From: an uncultured Acidobacteriaceae bacterium
GTDB lineage: Bacteria; Acidobacteriota; Terriglobia; Terriglobales; Acidobacteriaceae
Assembly (NCBI GenBank): GCA_964245315.1
Contig: CAXTMK010000002.1
Span: 29,231-93,230 of the forward strand
Length of the DNA stretch: 64,000 nucleotides
Direction of reading: 5' to 3'
Below are positions 1 through 9,722 of this stretch, piece by piece; position 1 is the first letter of the stretch, and each line of letters starts with the position of its first letter. The notes below the pieces were generated by a model. That model saw nothing but the letters and a program-made list of their open reading frames with translations, was not told the DNA's origin and ran no database searches. The position numbers were made by a program, and so were the translations under genes.

Positions 1-579
1 GCTGATGAGCTGCTTCGGCCCCTGAAACGCGGCCTTCACCTTGCGCCGGCGTCCGTTCTTATCCACGGCGATGTGGTCGCCTTTGGTCATGGGCGTGGGC
101 ACCATGTACTTTTTGCCGTCGCGGCCGATGGCTTCGCGGCGGGTGTAGTAGAGGTCGCGCAGGCGGGAGTAATCGTGCATGCCGACGCCGACCGAGCGGC
201 CGGCGATGCGGGCCTGCGCGCCGACCGAGCCACCGCTGCGATCCGCCGAGCCGAACTGGTGCACCGCGGCGTAGGCGACGTTGGTGCCGACCGTGAGCAC
301 GCCGCCAGAGACCTGATAGCCGATGGAGTTGAAGAGGCGGCCGCTCATGATCAGCAGCTTGTGGCCGGCGGTGTAGCCCTTTTTCTTCAGCGTCGACGCC
401 GCCAGCGCGGGCCACGATCCGGCGGGCGAACCTTCGTCGCGGAAGGTGCGCGCGATCGACGCCCGCATCAGCTCGCCGATAACGCGGAGGATGCCGTTCT
501 TATCGCGCACCGAGGTCTGCACCTGGCCGAGCGTGATGAGCAGCTGATCCTGATTGATCGTGACAGCGGTGCCGGGCAT
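1..579 (-). CDS. Phage virion morphogenesis protein (Mu G-like), runs off the left edge
   Basis: Manual translation from ATG 579 (TAATG overlap with the upstream gene): MPGTAVTINQDQLL...F.DEGSPAGSWPALAAST...LLIMSGRLFNSI...VGTNVAYAAVHQFG, typical of this family. Not in the ORF track. Confidence 0.85.
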   Translation of the reverse strand, partial: MPGTAVTINQDQLLITLGQVQTSVRDKNGILRVIGELMRASIARTFRDEGSPAGSWPALAASTLKKKGYTAGHKLLIMSGRLFNSIGYQVSGGVLTVGTNVAYAAVHQFGSADRSGGSVGAQARIAGRSVGVGMHDYSRLRDLYYTRREAIGRDGKKYMVPTPMTKGDHIAVDKNGRRRKVKAAFQGPKQLIS

Positions 580-1013
580 TAGATGAAACCTTCCATGTTG
601 TGCTTGCCGAAGGTCTCGCGTTGATCGCGCGGCCTGACGGCGCCGGCGGAGGAGGTTTGCGGAGTGGGCGCGCCGACCGGCTGGTCGAGCGAAGCCTTGC
701 CGGTGGAGATGTCCTTCAGGATGGCGATGGCATCGTCGTAGCTCTGCCGCACCGTCTCGCGCATCTTTTGCGCCCGGCGCGAGAAGAGGTAGTAGAGAGT
801 GAGGTCGACGCAGATCTCGGTTGCGGTGTTCGAGGTCTGCAGCGGCGTCTGGTAGCGGGTGCGGACGTAGCTGTCGATGACGCCGGTGGCGCGATCGAGC
901 GCGGCCTGAACCTTGGTCACATCCACCTGGCCGGTCTTCTCGTCGTCCGTGAGCTGCACCAGCTCGACCGCAGTGACGCGGTCGAGCAGGTCGGCTTGGA
1001 CGGCGTAGGACAT
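579..1013 (-). CDS. Mu gp36-like / DUF1320 head-tail connector
   Basis: MSYAVQADL...IDSYVRTRYQTPL...YDDAIAILKDISTGKASL pattern and its position after the capsid gene. Confidence 0.85.
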   Translation of the reverse strand: MSYAVQADLLDRVTAVELVQLTDDEKTGQVDVTKVQAALDRATGVIDSYVRTRYQTPLQTSNTATEICVDLTLYYLFSRRAQKMRETVRQSYDDAIAILKDISTGKASLDQPVGAPTPQTSSAGAVRPRDQRETFGKHNMEGFI

Positions 1014-1015
1014 GG

Positions 1016-1339
1016 CTAGACGGTGGCCACGGGTTCAACGGTGGCCGACGTGAGCGTGGTGATGATCTGGTCCCTGGTGGCATCGGACGCGACGACGATG
1101 TCGTGCGCGGCCGCGTACTCGCCCAATTCGGCCAGATTCATGCGGCCCAGCGTAGATGCGCTGAGGGTGAGCTTCTTCGGCAGGACGATGGCGGACTCCG
1201 TCTCGACGGGAATGCCGATATGCTGCGAGGCGAGCAGCGGGCGAGCCTGCTCCTCGCTGAGTTCAATGGGCCGGGTGCGACGATACAGCCGCTTGTTGTG
1301 AAGGACGGGCTTCAGGACGGTGTAAGTCTTGACGGACAT
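1016..1339 (-). CDS. Phage head-associated hypothetical protein with a possible C-terminal HeH/LEM-like motif
   Basis: 107 aa ORF between capsid and gp36-like genes; ends in LAELGEYAAAHDIVVASDATRDQII. Confidence 0.6.
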   Translation of the reverse strand: MSVKTYTVLKPVLHNKRLYRRTRPIELSEEQARPLLASQHIGIPVETESAIVLPKKLTLSASTLGRMNLAELGEYAAAHDIVVASDATRDQIITTLTSATVEPVATV

Positions 1340-1409
1340 GGGCGGAGTCTCCGGGTGTTACGAACGGCCTCCGCCATGCAGCACGGAGGCCCTTACGGTT
1401 GGCAGCGGC

Positions 1410-2396
1410 TTAGTAGGCCGGAGCGAAGGCCGGCAGCCCTTCATACGTCGGGGCGGCACAGCAGTTGGAGAAGGTGAAGAGCGTCTCGGGCGCAGTGACC
1501 TGGATGTCGTAGTACCAGTCGGTGGAGACGATCTGCGTCTTGGTGGACAGCGGATACTTCGGCTCAACGATGACGCCATAGCCGTCGACCGTATCGGGAG
1601 CGCCTGTCCAGGTGAAGGTCTTGACCGAGCTGATGTCTTCCTGGCTCGATACCGGCTGCGTATAGGCGAGGGTCGCGGTCTGACCCCACACGAAACTGAC
1701 GTTGTCGTTCTTGTCGACCTGGACGGCCGCCGCGCGCACGCAGCGAATGCCGAAGACCGCCGAGAGCTGGTCCATGTTGATGTTGTCGATCGTGCCGCCG
1801 GGGAAGGTGTACTTCACCCGGTTGATGATCTCCTGATTGTTCACCAGGGCATCGACGACGGGCGAGCCGAGGACGAGAATGTTGGCCTCGACGCCGGACT
1901 GGCGCGCGATCGAGCGGGCAGCAGTGACGTTCTCGATCGGCGTCGACGCGGGGTTATCCCACTGCGAGGTGCCGGAGAGCGCGAGCGTGGTGCCCGCTCC
2001 CGCAACCTTCTGCGCAAGCAGAACCTCGCGGCCAAGCAGCAGCGTCTCCATCACGTTTTTGGTCGCGGTCTGGATCTGCGAGAAGCCGAAGCCCTGCGCG
2101 TACTGCTCGGTCTCGAACGGGATCTCCGCGGCGCGCGCATGCGACCTGCAGAAGTACATCGCCGTGGAGAAGCTGGAACGCAGCGTGCGAGGGGCATCGC
2201 CAGGCGCGCGCAGATCGGTGCCGTCGAGACGCATGGCGGAGCGATCGTGAATGACATACTGGAAGGCCTGCCGGTCCATCGGAACGCGCCCAGCCAGCAT
2301 GTCGCCGATGTAGGCGTTGTTCGTGTACGCCTTGGCGAAGTTGGCTGCCGCTACGTTTAGAAGTCCGCCGCCAAATGGAGCTGCAAAACCACCCAT
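1410..2396 (-). CDS. Major capsid protein
   Basis: 328 aa, follows protease and decoration genes; W.NPASTPIE.V...R..ARQSG..ANILVLG motif of phage capsid E-like proteins. Confidence 0.85.
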   Translation of the reverse strand: MGGFAAPFGGGLLNVAAANFAKAYTNNAYIGDMLAGRVPMDRQAFQYVIHDRSAMRLDGTDLRAPGDAPRTLRSSFSTAMYFCRSHARAAEIPFETEQYAQGFGFSQIQTATKNVMETLLLGREVLLAQKVAGAGTTLALSGTSQWDNPASTPIENVTAARSIARQSGVEANILVLGSPVVDALVNNQEIINRVKYTFPGGTIDNINMDQLSAVFGIRCVRAAAVQVDKNDNVSFVWGQTATLAYTQPVSSQEDISSVKTFTWTGAPDTVDGYGVIVEPKYPLSTKTQIVSTDWYYDIQVTAPETLFTFSNCCAAPTYEGLPAFAPAY

Positions 2397-2466
2397 GATC
2401 TACTCGCTTTCCCTCGCTCCCGCGAGGCGTGAATTTGTACTGCGCCGGCAATGGCCGGATAAGTTA

Positions 2467-2856
2467 TCAGGCCTGTCCAGGCAGCACGAGGAGAATGAAC
2501 TCGTCGCCCTGCAGCGCCGCGCTCGACTTCGCCTGGCCGACGATCTGGTCGCCGGTGGTGGTTATGGGAATCAACTGTCCGGCCGCGGTGCACTTCACGA
2601 ACTGACCGGCATTGACGGCAGCACCCGCGATTGCAACAGCTTCGCCGAGGTCGACGACCGAGATCGGCTCGCCGGCGCTCACCGACGCCTCTTCCTGCAC
2701 GCCCAGGCAGGTCGCGTTGGCGGCTGCGGCGGTGGCGGCATAGTCATCGCCGCTTCCGCCCTGAACGACAGCGAGGCCGCGCCCCTGTGCCGCATTCTGC
2801 GCGATGTAGGTGCTCCGCTTGCCCCACCCGAGACCCTTGCTTGCTACTGCCGCCAT
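2467..2856 (-). CDS. Capsid cement/decoration protein (DUF2190-like)
   Basis: Small Ala/Gly-rich beta protein (AGAAVNAGQFVKCTAAGQLI...IVGQAKSSA) directly before the capsid gene. Confidence 0.75.
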   Translation of the reverse strand: MAAVASKGLGWGKRSTYIAQNAAQGRGLAVVQGGSGDDYAATAAAANATCLGVQEEASVSAGEPISVVDLGEAVAIAGAAVNAGQFVKCTAAGQLIPITTTGDQIVGQAKSSAALQGDEFILLVLPGQA

Positions 2857-2940
2857 ACTGCCTCACCTTCCGGGCGCAACGCCCAACTTCGAGATTGTTC
2901 GGCGGCCGGGTCCATACCGGCCGCCATTCCTGCTGAATGT

Positions 2941-4023
2941 CTAGGCGCCGCCGGAAGACGCGCCGCCGAGGCGGGCGAGGTCGGGATTCTTCCTGAGCAC
3001 CGCGGTCTGCGCCTCGATGTAGCCGACATTGTTCTCTTCCGAGAAGAGGACGGTCGCCTGATGCAGGCGATCCGAGTTCTCGTCGACGGCGAATGCGCCA
3101 CGGTTTACGCCCGACGTGGTCTTCGGCGTGCCGGCCGCACCGTTGATCGCCAGGTTGCCGGTGGGCACGATCCTGCCGAGGCCTTCCATGAACTCGGTGA
3201 AGATATCGAGCTTCGTGCGCTGGGCCTTCTTGTCGCCCTCGCCGAACTCGATGGTCACGTCCGTGGTCGCGAGCTCTTCGAAGATGAGCGGCAGGCCCAT
3301 CTTGTCGAACGCGGGCACCCAGCCGCCGGCAGTCTTGACCTTCAGGATCGCGTTGGCAGCGCGCTGCTTCTGCTCGGTGGTCGCGATGGCGGTATTGCGC
3401 TCGGCGAACTGCGTCTCCTGCGTCTTCAGCCGCGCTTCGAGCGGCGCGACGGCGGCCGTTACGGCCTCGGCTGCGATGCGCTTGGCATCCTCTTCCGAGA
3501 AGGTCTTCGGCTCAGTCTTCTTACCGCCGAACTTCTCTTCCCACCATGCGCTCATCATCTCGCGGATCTGTTCTGCGGTCATGCCCGTCTCCTCTGAGAA
3601 CTCAATCTCGATTGCGTTTTTGTCTTCTGCGGAAAATGCGATATTGGCAAGCCCCTTGACCTCCGGCGGCACCGCGCCCAGGAAGGCCACATGGCGGACC
3701 GAAAGCCCGTGGCCGTAATCCTTCAGGCCGATGCTGCGCTTCTTGAAGGTGCCACGCTCGACCGCCTCCGCGAACGCCGGCACAACCTGCTTGAACTTGC
3801 CCTGCAGCGTGTCGCCTACGCAGCGGAGCGATTCGAGCCAGCCGTAAGCCGGCGCCTTGTCCTCGTCGGTGTGGCCGATGCGGATGGGCGCTTCGTGAAA
3901 TTCGGGTTTGTAACTTGCCGCGATCGCCTGCACGTCCGCAACCGTGTACGTGCCCTTGTCGCCGTAGTTGCCGGCGCGAAAGAGATCGACCCACTGATTG
4001 AGGAGCTTGCTCATTGCTACCAA
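2941..4023 (-). CDS. Prohead protease/scaffold (Mu I-like)
   Basis: WVDLFRAG...P+RIGH...PAYGW...F..RSI..RHVAFLGAVPPEVKGL protease region followed by a coiled-coil scaffold region. Confidence 0.85.
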   Translation of the reverse strand: MVAMSKLLNQWVDLFRAGNYGDKGTYTVADVQAIAASYKPEFHEAPIRIGHTDEDKAPAYGWLESLRCVGDTLQGKFKQVVPAFAEAVERGTFKKRSIGLKDYGHGLSVRHVAFLGAVPPEVKGLANIAFSAEDKNAIEIEFSEETGMTAEQIREMMSAWWEEKFGGKKTEPKTFSEEDAKRIAAEAVTAAVAPLEARLKTQETQFAERNTAIATTEQKQRAANAILKVKTAGGWVPAFDKMGLPLIFEELATTDVTIEFGEGDKKAQRTKLDIFTEFMEGLGRIVPTGNLAINGAAGTPKTTSGVNRGAFAVDENSDRLHQATVLFSEENNVGYIEAQTAVLRKNPDLARLGGASSGGA

Positions 4024-4086
4024 GGTAGAGGCGCATCCTTTCCTGCGCGATGCAAAGTGGCGAAGACGGAATACAACGTGGATAAC

Positions 4087-4929
4087 TCATGCGGCCAGCG
4101 GCCCGCCGAAGACCTTGCCGAAGCCCGCCTGCGGCACCAGCGCGATGGCCAGCGCGGGCAGGCGCATGTAGCCGTCGTCGCTGGCGTCATCCGCTGCTTC
4201 TTCGCGCAGCAGGGCGATGACGGTGCAGCGGCAGTTGAAGCCGTTGGGCGGATAGATCTTGTTCCAGACGGGATCGTTGTTGAGCGCCTGGAAGCCGTCC
4301 AGCACGGCATGCTCGGGGCGAACGCGATCGTCGCCTACGGTCATGTACTCCCAGAACGGCAGCGCGTCCATGACGGCCGGCTCTTTGAGCTGCTCGTAGC
4401 GGCCGAGCGAGTAGGCCTTCTGCATGTTCGTCGTAAAGACCGTGTCGAGGGTGAAGGCGTTCAGCTCCTGCACGCCGGCCGCCGAGGTTAGTTTGGCCGC
4501 GGTGGCCTTGAACTGCGCGGGTGTCGCGCCCTGGTGCAGCGTGGCGGCGAGCTCGTCGCGGATCTTCTGAATTAGGCGCAGATCGGCAGTGCCAGAGACA
4601 GTGAACGCATCCTTGCGGTACTGCGAGGTGAGGCCGTCGAAAGTCTCCCTGGTGACGGGCGTTAGCTGGCGAAGATACTCGGCCGCGCGATCGGGCGGAA
4701 GGTTGACGGAGAAGCCCGAGGTCAGGGGCGCGTCGTCGTCCAGATCTTCGGCGAAGTGGTGCGCGGGCTTGCGCGAGACGGTGGAGATCGGCACGGCCTT
4801 GCCGGTCTTGCGATGCACCTCGCGCTGGATCTGCGTGCGGCCGAGGATGTTCGCGGCAGCCAGGTGCTGCGCGAGCAGCTCGCCGATGTGGTGGGTGATG
4901 CCGGCGTTATGAAGGAGGCGCGGCTGCAT
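4087..4929 (-). CDS. Head morphogenesis protein (Mu F / SPP1 gp7 family)
   Basis: WEYMTVGDDRVRPEHAVLDG...WNKIYPPNGFNCRC signature. Confidence 0.92.
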   Translation of the reverse strand: MQPRLLHNAGITHHIGELLAQHLAAANILGRTQIQREVHRKTGKAVPISTVSRKPAHHFAEDLDDDAPLTSGFSVNLPPDRAAEYLRQLTPVTRETFDGLTSQYRKDAFTVSGTADLRLIQKIRDELAATLHQGATPAQFKATAAKLTSAAGVQELNAFTLDTVFTTNMQKAYSLGRYEQLKEPAVMDALPFWEYMTVGDDRVRPEHAVLDGFQALNNDPVWNKIYPPNGFNCRCTVIALLREEAADDASDDGYMRLPALAIALVPQAGFGKVFGGPLAA

Positions 4930-5148
4930 CTATCGCTCCGGATACAGCGGCATTCTCGCGCTGAATGTGTCCTCAATGCGCTCGACCTTATGCGGCGTCG
5001 GAAGCAGCGATCGGGATTCGAGTGCGAAGAGAATATCGAGCGCGTGCTGCTCTTCCGTAAACATCGCGGCCATTTTGACCTGAATGCCAAACAGCTTGGT
5101 TTCGAGCGTGAGCATGCGGTTCTGCTCGTCGCAGATTAGATAAGTCAT
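4930..5148 (-). CDS. Small hypothetical protein inserted between portal and F genes
   Basis: 72 aa, ATGA overlap with the portal stop, GGAGG RBS, visibly more AT-rich than its neighbours. Confidence 0.55.
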   Translation of the reverse strand: MTYLICDEQNRMLTLETKLFGIQVKMAAMFTEEQHALDILFALESRSLLPTPHKVERIEDTFSARMPLYPER

Positions 5149-6614
5149 CGCACCTCCGCCGGTTCAACCGCGTCGACGATCTCGCCCACGCGCTTGCGCA
5201 GATCTCCGACCGACTTCTCGCGGAGCTGCGCCATGATGGTGTCGAACTCCGCGAGCTGCCTGCGCACGGCACGCTGCGCGGCCAGCCTGGAGCCGCGCAG
5301 CTCCGAGAACGCCACGTCGCTCGCCTCGTCGGGATCGGCGGGGATGGCAGGCGTGTTGGGGTTGGGGCCGACGATGGTGTCGGTCGGCTCGGGCGCGGGC
5401 ACGTTGTAGGTCGCGCGCAGATACTGCTCGGTGTAGGGCAGGCCCATGCCCTGCAGGATCTTGTCGCGGTTGAGCCGCTGCGTAAGATCTTCGGCCTGCT
5501 TGATCTCCCAGCCCCATGACGGCATCGGAGCCTTCGGCCCGTAGTTCCACAGCACCAGCGGGCGGATGAGCTGGCGATTGACCACCGAGGCGGCGGCCTT
5601 GCAGATGCCGATCGACTTCTTTTCGAGCGTGTCGCTGTGGACCTCGCCGAGCGCCTGCGTACCTTTGCCGCCATCGCCGCCGAAGCTGGTGAGCGTCTCG
5701 CCCAGCAGGCGCCGGACGATGTTCTTCTGCAACGCTTCGTACAAATGCTCGAAGACATCGGGGCTCAGCGAACGCGCAATGGTGAGCAGCTCTTTGTCGT
5801 ACTCGAAGCCTTGCGGCACGGCGAGCGAAGGCAGGTCCACGATCATCTGCGCGATGTCCGCGGCCTGTTGCTTGGCGGCCTGGTCGTCGCTATCCTGGTA
5901 GCGCACGACTGCGGTGCCCGGCCCCTTCTCGGCGTAGCGCATCCACATGCTCTGCATGTTGCGCTTGAACCAGCTCTCCCAGAAGATATCGCGCAGCAGC
6001 GGGCGGCCCATGCGATCGCGCGAGCGCGGGCGATAGCTGTAGATGAGGAACTTGTTCTCCGGCACCAGCGTGCCGGTGCTGGCGTAGGGGCTGGTGAGGA
6101 ACTGCAGCGGCCCGATCTGCGGCTCGTAGCGGTTGCCGAAGAGGAAGAGCTCCTGCGGGCAGTCCTTGATGTCGAGCAGCTGCGCCTGACCCATGCTGGT
6201 GTCGAACATCAGCTCCTGCACGCTGAAGCCGTAGCCGGGCGCGTCGAGCAGGGTGTCGAGCATGCCTTCGAAGTTGGGGATGCCGGCGATCTGGTCGCGC
6301 ACGAACTGCGCCACCTCCTCGGCCAGGGGCGAGCTGTCGGCCGGCTGCACGTCGTGCGGGCGCTCGATGACGGTGCCCTTCAGGGTGTCGAGGCCGTTGG
6401 CCACGTCGACATCCTTCATCTCCAGCTCGCGATAGTAGAGCATCGCGGAGCCGTCGTTGCGCACCATCGAACTCCAGATGTTCGTTGGGTTGCGCGATCC
6501 GCTGAACGCGAGCGTGTTGCGGTAGTTGGCGATCTGCGAGCTGTAGAGCGCGGCGCTCGATACGATCTCGCCGGGCGGCGGCATGGGCGGAACTGCCTGG
6601 GTGTCTTCGGCCAT
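5145..6614 (-). CDS. Portal protein (Mu gp29 / DUF935)
   Basis: Likely start MAEDTQAV at 6614 (TAATG overlap with terL). Contains LLDAPGYGFSVQE, FKRN...W.RYAEK.G, LLGETLTS...GTQALGEVH and NRQLIRPLV..NYG. Confidence 0.92.
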   Translation of the reverse strand: MAEDTQAVPPMPPPGEIVSSAALYSSQIANYRNTLAFSGSRNPTNIWSSMVRNDGSAMLYYRELEMKDVDVANGLDTLKGTVIERPHDVQPADSSPLAEEVAQFVRDQIAGIPNFEGMLDTLLDAPGYGFSVQELMFDTSMGQAQLLDIKDCPQELFLFGNRYEPQIGPLQFLTSPYASTGTLVPENKFLIYSYRPRSRDRMGRPLLRDIFWESWFKRNMQSMWMRYAEKGPGTAVVRYQDSDDQAAKQQAADIAQMIVDLPSLAVPQGFEYDKELLTIARSLSPDVFEHLYEALQKNIVRRLLGETLTSFGGDGGKGTQALGEVHSDTLEKKSIGICKAAASVVNRQLIRPLVLWNYGPKAPMPSWGWEIKQAEDLTQRLNRDKILQGMGLPYTEQYLRATYNVPAPEPTDTIVGPNPNTPAIPADPDEASDVAFSELRGSRLAAQRAVRRQLAEFDTIMAQLREKSVGDLRKRVGEIVDAVEPAEVR

Positions 6615-8158
6615 TACATGAATCCTCTGGAGAGCCTGTAGCTGCTGGGTGTGGAAGGGAGAGTGATCCCGAGCTGGAGGCCGGACGACGTGGCCGCATA
6701 GGTGGCCAGCGCGCAACCCCAGAAGTGATCGGCGTGGGCGAAGCCTTTCTGTTTCGGGCCGCCGGCGACGCCGGTCTCGATCGGCACGCGGGGCGCGTCG
6801 AAGGTGACGCCGGTCGCGGTGGGCATGCGCTTGATCGCCTGCAGCTCGGTGCGGATGTCGAGCGCGTATGGGATCCGCTCCTTGCCGCCTTCCATCGAGA
6901 GCTTGATCTTTACGGCCAGGTCGGTCTTCATCTTGACCGCGCCGTCCTCGACATGCGACGTGGCGCGTGCCTTCTCGCGCTTCTCGTCGCGCAGCCGGCT
7001 GGATCCGGCGAAGTTGATGCCCATGACGCGGCCGGCGTTCTCGACGTTCAGCAGATCGAAGAGCGCGATGCCCATGCCGGTGGAGTCGATGGCGGTGCGC
7101 GTTGTCATCTTCACGTAGGGGTTCAGCAGCTCGGCCTGTTTGTTGAAGGGCATGCCGTGAATACCGAGGACCATGCGTGTCCACAGCACATCGCCGACGC
7201 GCTCTTTGATCCAGAAGGTTGTGCGATCCTTCACGCGGCCGACGTCGATGCCGCCGAAGAGATCCCCGCGCGGCCGGTAGCCTCCGGGCCAGTCGACGGT
7301 AGCGCCGTCGTCTTCCGAAGCCTTGATGAGTTCGAGCGGCAACCAGGCGCCGGTCGACTTGAGGAAGATGCAGTTGAACTCCTGGTCGACGATATCGTCG
7401 TCCTGGATCATCTGCCGCATCTCTTCGAGATTGATCGGGCAGCCCTGGGCGATCGCCATCGCGGCATCAATCCAGTGAACGCCCCAGCCCTTGTACTTCT
7501 GGAAGTTATAGTCGGGAGCTACTCCAAAGGTAAGTCCCAGTTCCAGGCATAGGTCGTAGAACTTACCCTGCTCGCCGTTCGGCGTGGAGAGCACGCGAAT
7601 TTTGTGGCCGAGCGAAGTCTGGCGGGTAATTGCCGCCCAGATCGCGTAGCTCTCGGCATGGTGGCCGAACTCGTCGAGGATCGCATTTCCCGGATATCCG
7701 CGCGCCGTCCGAGGATTTGCCGCCAGCGCGATGATGCGCGAACCATTCGGCAGACTAACTCGCTGCTGAATTGCTTCGTACTCGCCTAACTCGTCGTAGA
7801 AATTCTCGTCTTCATAAAGCTTGACGGTGCCATGAATTAGTTCGAGGAGGGTATGGCAGGTCTGAATAAACTCGACGGACTGCGGCTTCGAAGCGCTGAG
7901 AACCGTCCATGTCGCTTTAGGATGAGCGATGCAATCCAGCACAGCTTCGAGAGCTGTAGCGAAGGAGAAGCCGATGCGGGCCGACTTCACCGCGATCTTC
8001 ATGCGGGAGTCGTCGTCGATCCACTGCTGCTGATAGGGGCGAAGCGGCAGTACGGCCGGGTTCACCGGCGGAAGCGGCGGAGCTGGAGGCGGGGCGCCGC
8101 CGCCGACCGCGAGGCCGATCCCGAGGACCGCTGCATGGAAGAGCGAGTGAAGTATCAC
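6614..8158 (-). CDS. Terminase large subunit (Mu gp28-like)
   Basis: LRPYQ Q-motif, KSARIGFS Walker A, ILDEF Walker B, GIDVGR and HADHFW nuclease motifs. GTG start overlaps the upstream TAG. Confidence 0.95.
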   Translation of the reverse strand: MILHSLFHAAVLGIGLAVGGGAPPPAPPLPPVNPAVLPLRPYQQQWIDDDSRMKIAVKSARIGFSFATALEAVLDCIAHPKATWTVLSASKPQSVEFIQTCHTLLELIHGTVKLYEDENFYDELGEYEAIQQRVSLPNGSRIIALAANPRTARGYPGNAILDEFGHHAESYAIWAAITRQTSLGHKIRVLSTPNGEQGKFYDLCLELGLTFGVAPDYNFQKYKGWGVHWIDAAMAIAQGCPINLEEMRQMIQDDDIVDQEFNCIFLKSTGAWLPLELIKASEDDGATVDWPGGYRPRGDLFGGIDVGRVKDRTTFWIKERVGDVLWTRMVLGIHGMPFNKQAELLNPYVKMTTRTAIDSTGMGIALFDLLNVENAGRVMGINFAGSSRLRDEKREKARATSHVEDGAVKMKTDLAVKIKLSMEGGKERIPYALDIRTELQAIKRMPTATGVTFDAPRVPIETGVAGGPKQKGFAHADHFWGCALATYAATSSGLQLGITLPSTPSSYRLSRGFM

Positions 8159-8859
8159 TATCCCGCCTTCTGCGCGATCGGCGGCAGGCCGAAGACGCGC
8201 TCGCGCAGCCGGTCGATATCCTCCGGCCCGACCTGGCCTTTGCTGGCCTTTTTGGTCATGCGGGCGGTTTCGTCTTCCATCACCTTGCGTTTGCGCTCGG
8301 CCTCGGCTTCCAGCGCGGCGAGCTTGCGTTCGTCGACGGCGACCTTCCGCTCCTTGATGTCGTTCGCGCGCGCGGACTGCATCACCTCGGCCAGGACGAT
8401 CAGCGCCTTGCCGGCATTGATGCGTCCGCGGTCCGTAGCGTCTTCGGCCAGGACCGTCATAAACGTGTCGCGAGCGGCGTTCAGCACCGCTTCATTGCCG
8501 CCCTTGACGACGGACCGGGCAAACGCCTCCGCGACCTCGCGGGCCTGAGCGCTGCGTTGCAGCACGCTGCTCTTGACCTGTTCGACCCGCAGATCGTACC
8601 AGCGGTGCAGCGACGAGTGCGGCAGCCGCATCTCGGGGAAGAGTTCCAGCACCGCGATCGAGACCTCATCCCACTCGACGAAGCCGCCGGCGTCGTACTT
8701 CCATTCCTTCGAGTACTTCGCCGCGGACTGCGCCTCGATCTCCTGCCACGTCTTGCCGTCGTGATTGCGCAGGTACAGGATGGCGTCATGCACCGACGCG
8801 GGCAGGCGATCGATCTTCAGGGGCTGGTTGGTCTTGCGCTTCTCGCCGGTCTTGGCCAT
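8158..8859 (-). CDS. Terminase small subunit-like (Mu gp27 / DUF3486)
   Basis: KIDRLPASV...SSLHRW pattern, directly upstream of terL. Confidence 0.75.
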   Translation of the reverse strand: MAKTGEKRKTNQPLKIDRLPASVHDAILYLRNHDGKTWQEIEAQSAAKYSKEWKYDAGGFVEWDEVSIAVLELFPEMRLPHSSLHRWYDLRVEQVKSSVLQRSAQAREVAEAFARSVVKGGNEAVLNAARDTFMTVLAEDATDRGRINAGKALIVLAEVMQSARANDIKERKVAVDERKLAALEAEAERKRKVMEDETARMTKKASKGQVGPEDIDRLRERVFGLPPIAQKAG

Positions 8860-8872
8860 CGTCTGGATCCCT

Positions 8873-9190
8873 TCAAAGCAAGACAGAGTCGTCTACGACC
8901 TTGCCTTCGAGGACGCGCAGCCCGCGCGTACACATCTGGATCATGGTGATCGACGTGCGATTGGTGCGGCGATCCTTGTCGGCCGTGAACTCGATCATGT
9001 CCAGCATTTCGAGATCCTGCAGGTAGGTGATGACATCGTTCTCGCCCACGTCGATGCCGATGCCGCGCAGCATGTGCCACAGCTCGACGTGATCGAGACG
9101 GTTCTGCTGGGCGCGATGCCGCGTCCGCACGAGCTTCAGAATCTCGCCGCGTGCCCGGCCGTCCCTGATCGCATTGAGCTTGTCTTCCAT
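8873..9190 (-). CDS. Mu gp26-like winged-helix protein
   Basis: RGEILKLV...DVITYLQDLEML...TRGLRVLEG, in the conserved Mu position before gp27. Start approximate. Confidence 0.65.
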   Translation of the reverse strand: MEDKLNAIRDGRARGEILKLVRTRHRAQQNRLDHVELWHMLRGIGIDVGENDVITYLQDLEMLDMIEFTADKDRRTNRTSITMIQMCTRGLRVLEGKVVDDSVLL

Positions 9191-9191
9191 G

Positions 9192-9722
9192 TCACCCATC
9201 CTTCCTGGTCGAAACATTCATCTGCGCCGCGATCCGGCTCAGCACGTCGTGCATGGCGCTCACCGTCTCGGCCGTCTGGCGGCTCTGCTCGGCGGCCTCG
9301 CGGCTCTGCTGGCCGGAGTAGTCCACCAGCGTCGCCATGCGCTCATGGTCGCGATCGTCGCGATCCGCCGAGCGCTTCATCGATTCGGCCTGGTCGCGCG
9401 CGGCCTCGGCCAGCTTGACCTGCTCGTCGGCGATGCGGTCCATCGAGCCGGCGAAGCGCTCGCCGACTTCCGAGGTCACGTCGAGGATCCGCATCGCGAT
9501 CCCGTTCAGCGCCCACACGCAGAACATGGCCAGGAAGTACCACGGACCCCACTTCTCCAGCAGCATGAATCCCTTGTCCGGATTGGAACGGACAAGCTCG
9601 ATCAGCGCGAGGACGACGGCGCTCGCGCCCGCCAGCCCGCCGCCGAAGAGCACGCCCTGCGCCAGTTTGCGCCGGCCTTCCGACTGCTGATTCTCCGGAT
9701 CGAACAGCCCCAACATGCTCAT
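9192..9722 (-). CDS. Phage membrane protein with C-terminal coiled coil (Mu gp25 position)
   Basis: Two hydrophobic segments followed by a charged helical tail. Confidence 0.6.
   Translation of the reverse strand: MSMLGLFDPENQQSEGRRKLAQGVLFGGGLAGASAVVLALIELVRSNPDKGFMLLEKWGPWYFLAMFCVWALNGIAMRILDVTSEVGERFAGSMDRIADEQVKLAEAARDQAESMKRSADRDDRDHERMATLVDYSGQQSREAAEQSRQTAETVSAMHDVLSRIAAQMNVSTRKDG

Noticed and set aside
5145-7184. 679-aa portal as called in the ORF track
   Set aside because: The first ~190 aa overlap terL in another frame; the TAATG-coupled start at 6614 fits the family.
1329-7552. Long plus-strand ORFs opposite the phage head genes (e.g. 1329-2360, 2317-3597, 5637-6641)
   Set aside because: Stop-poor antisense frames typical of high-GC coding DNA; no recognisable motifs.
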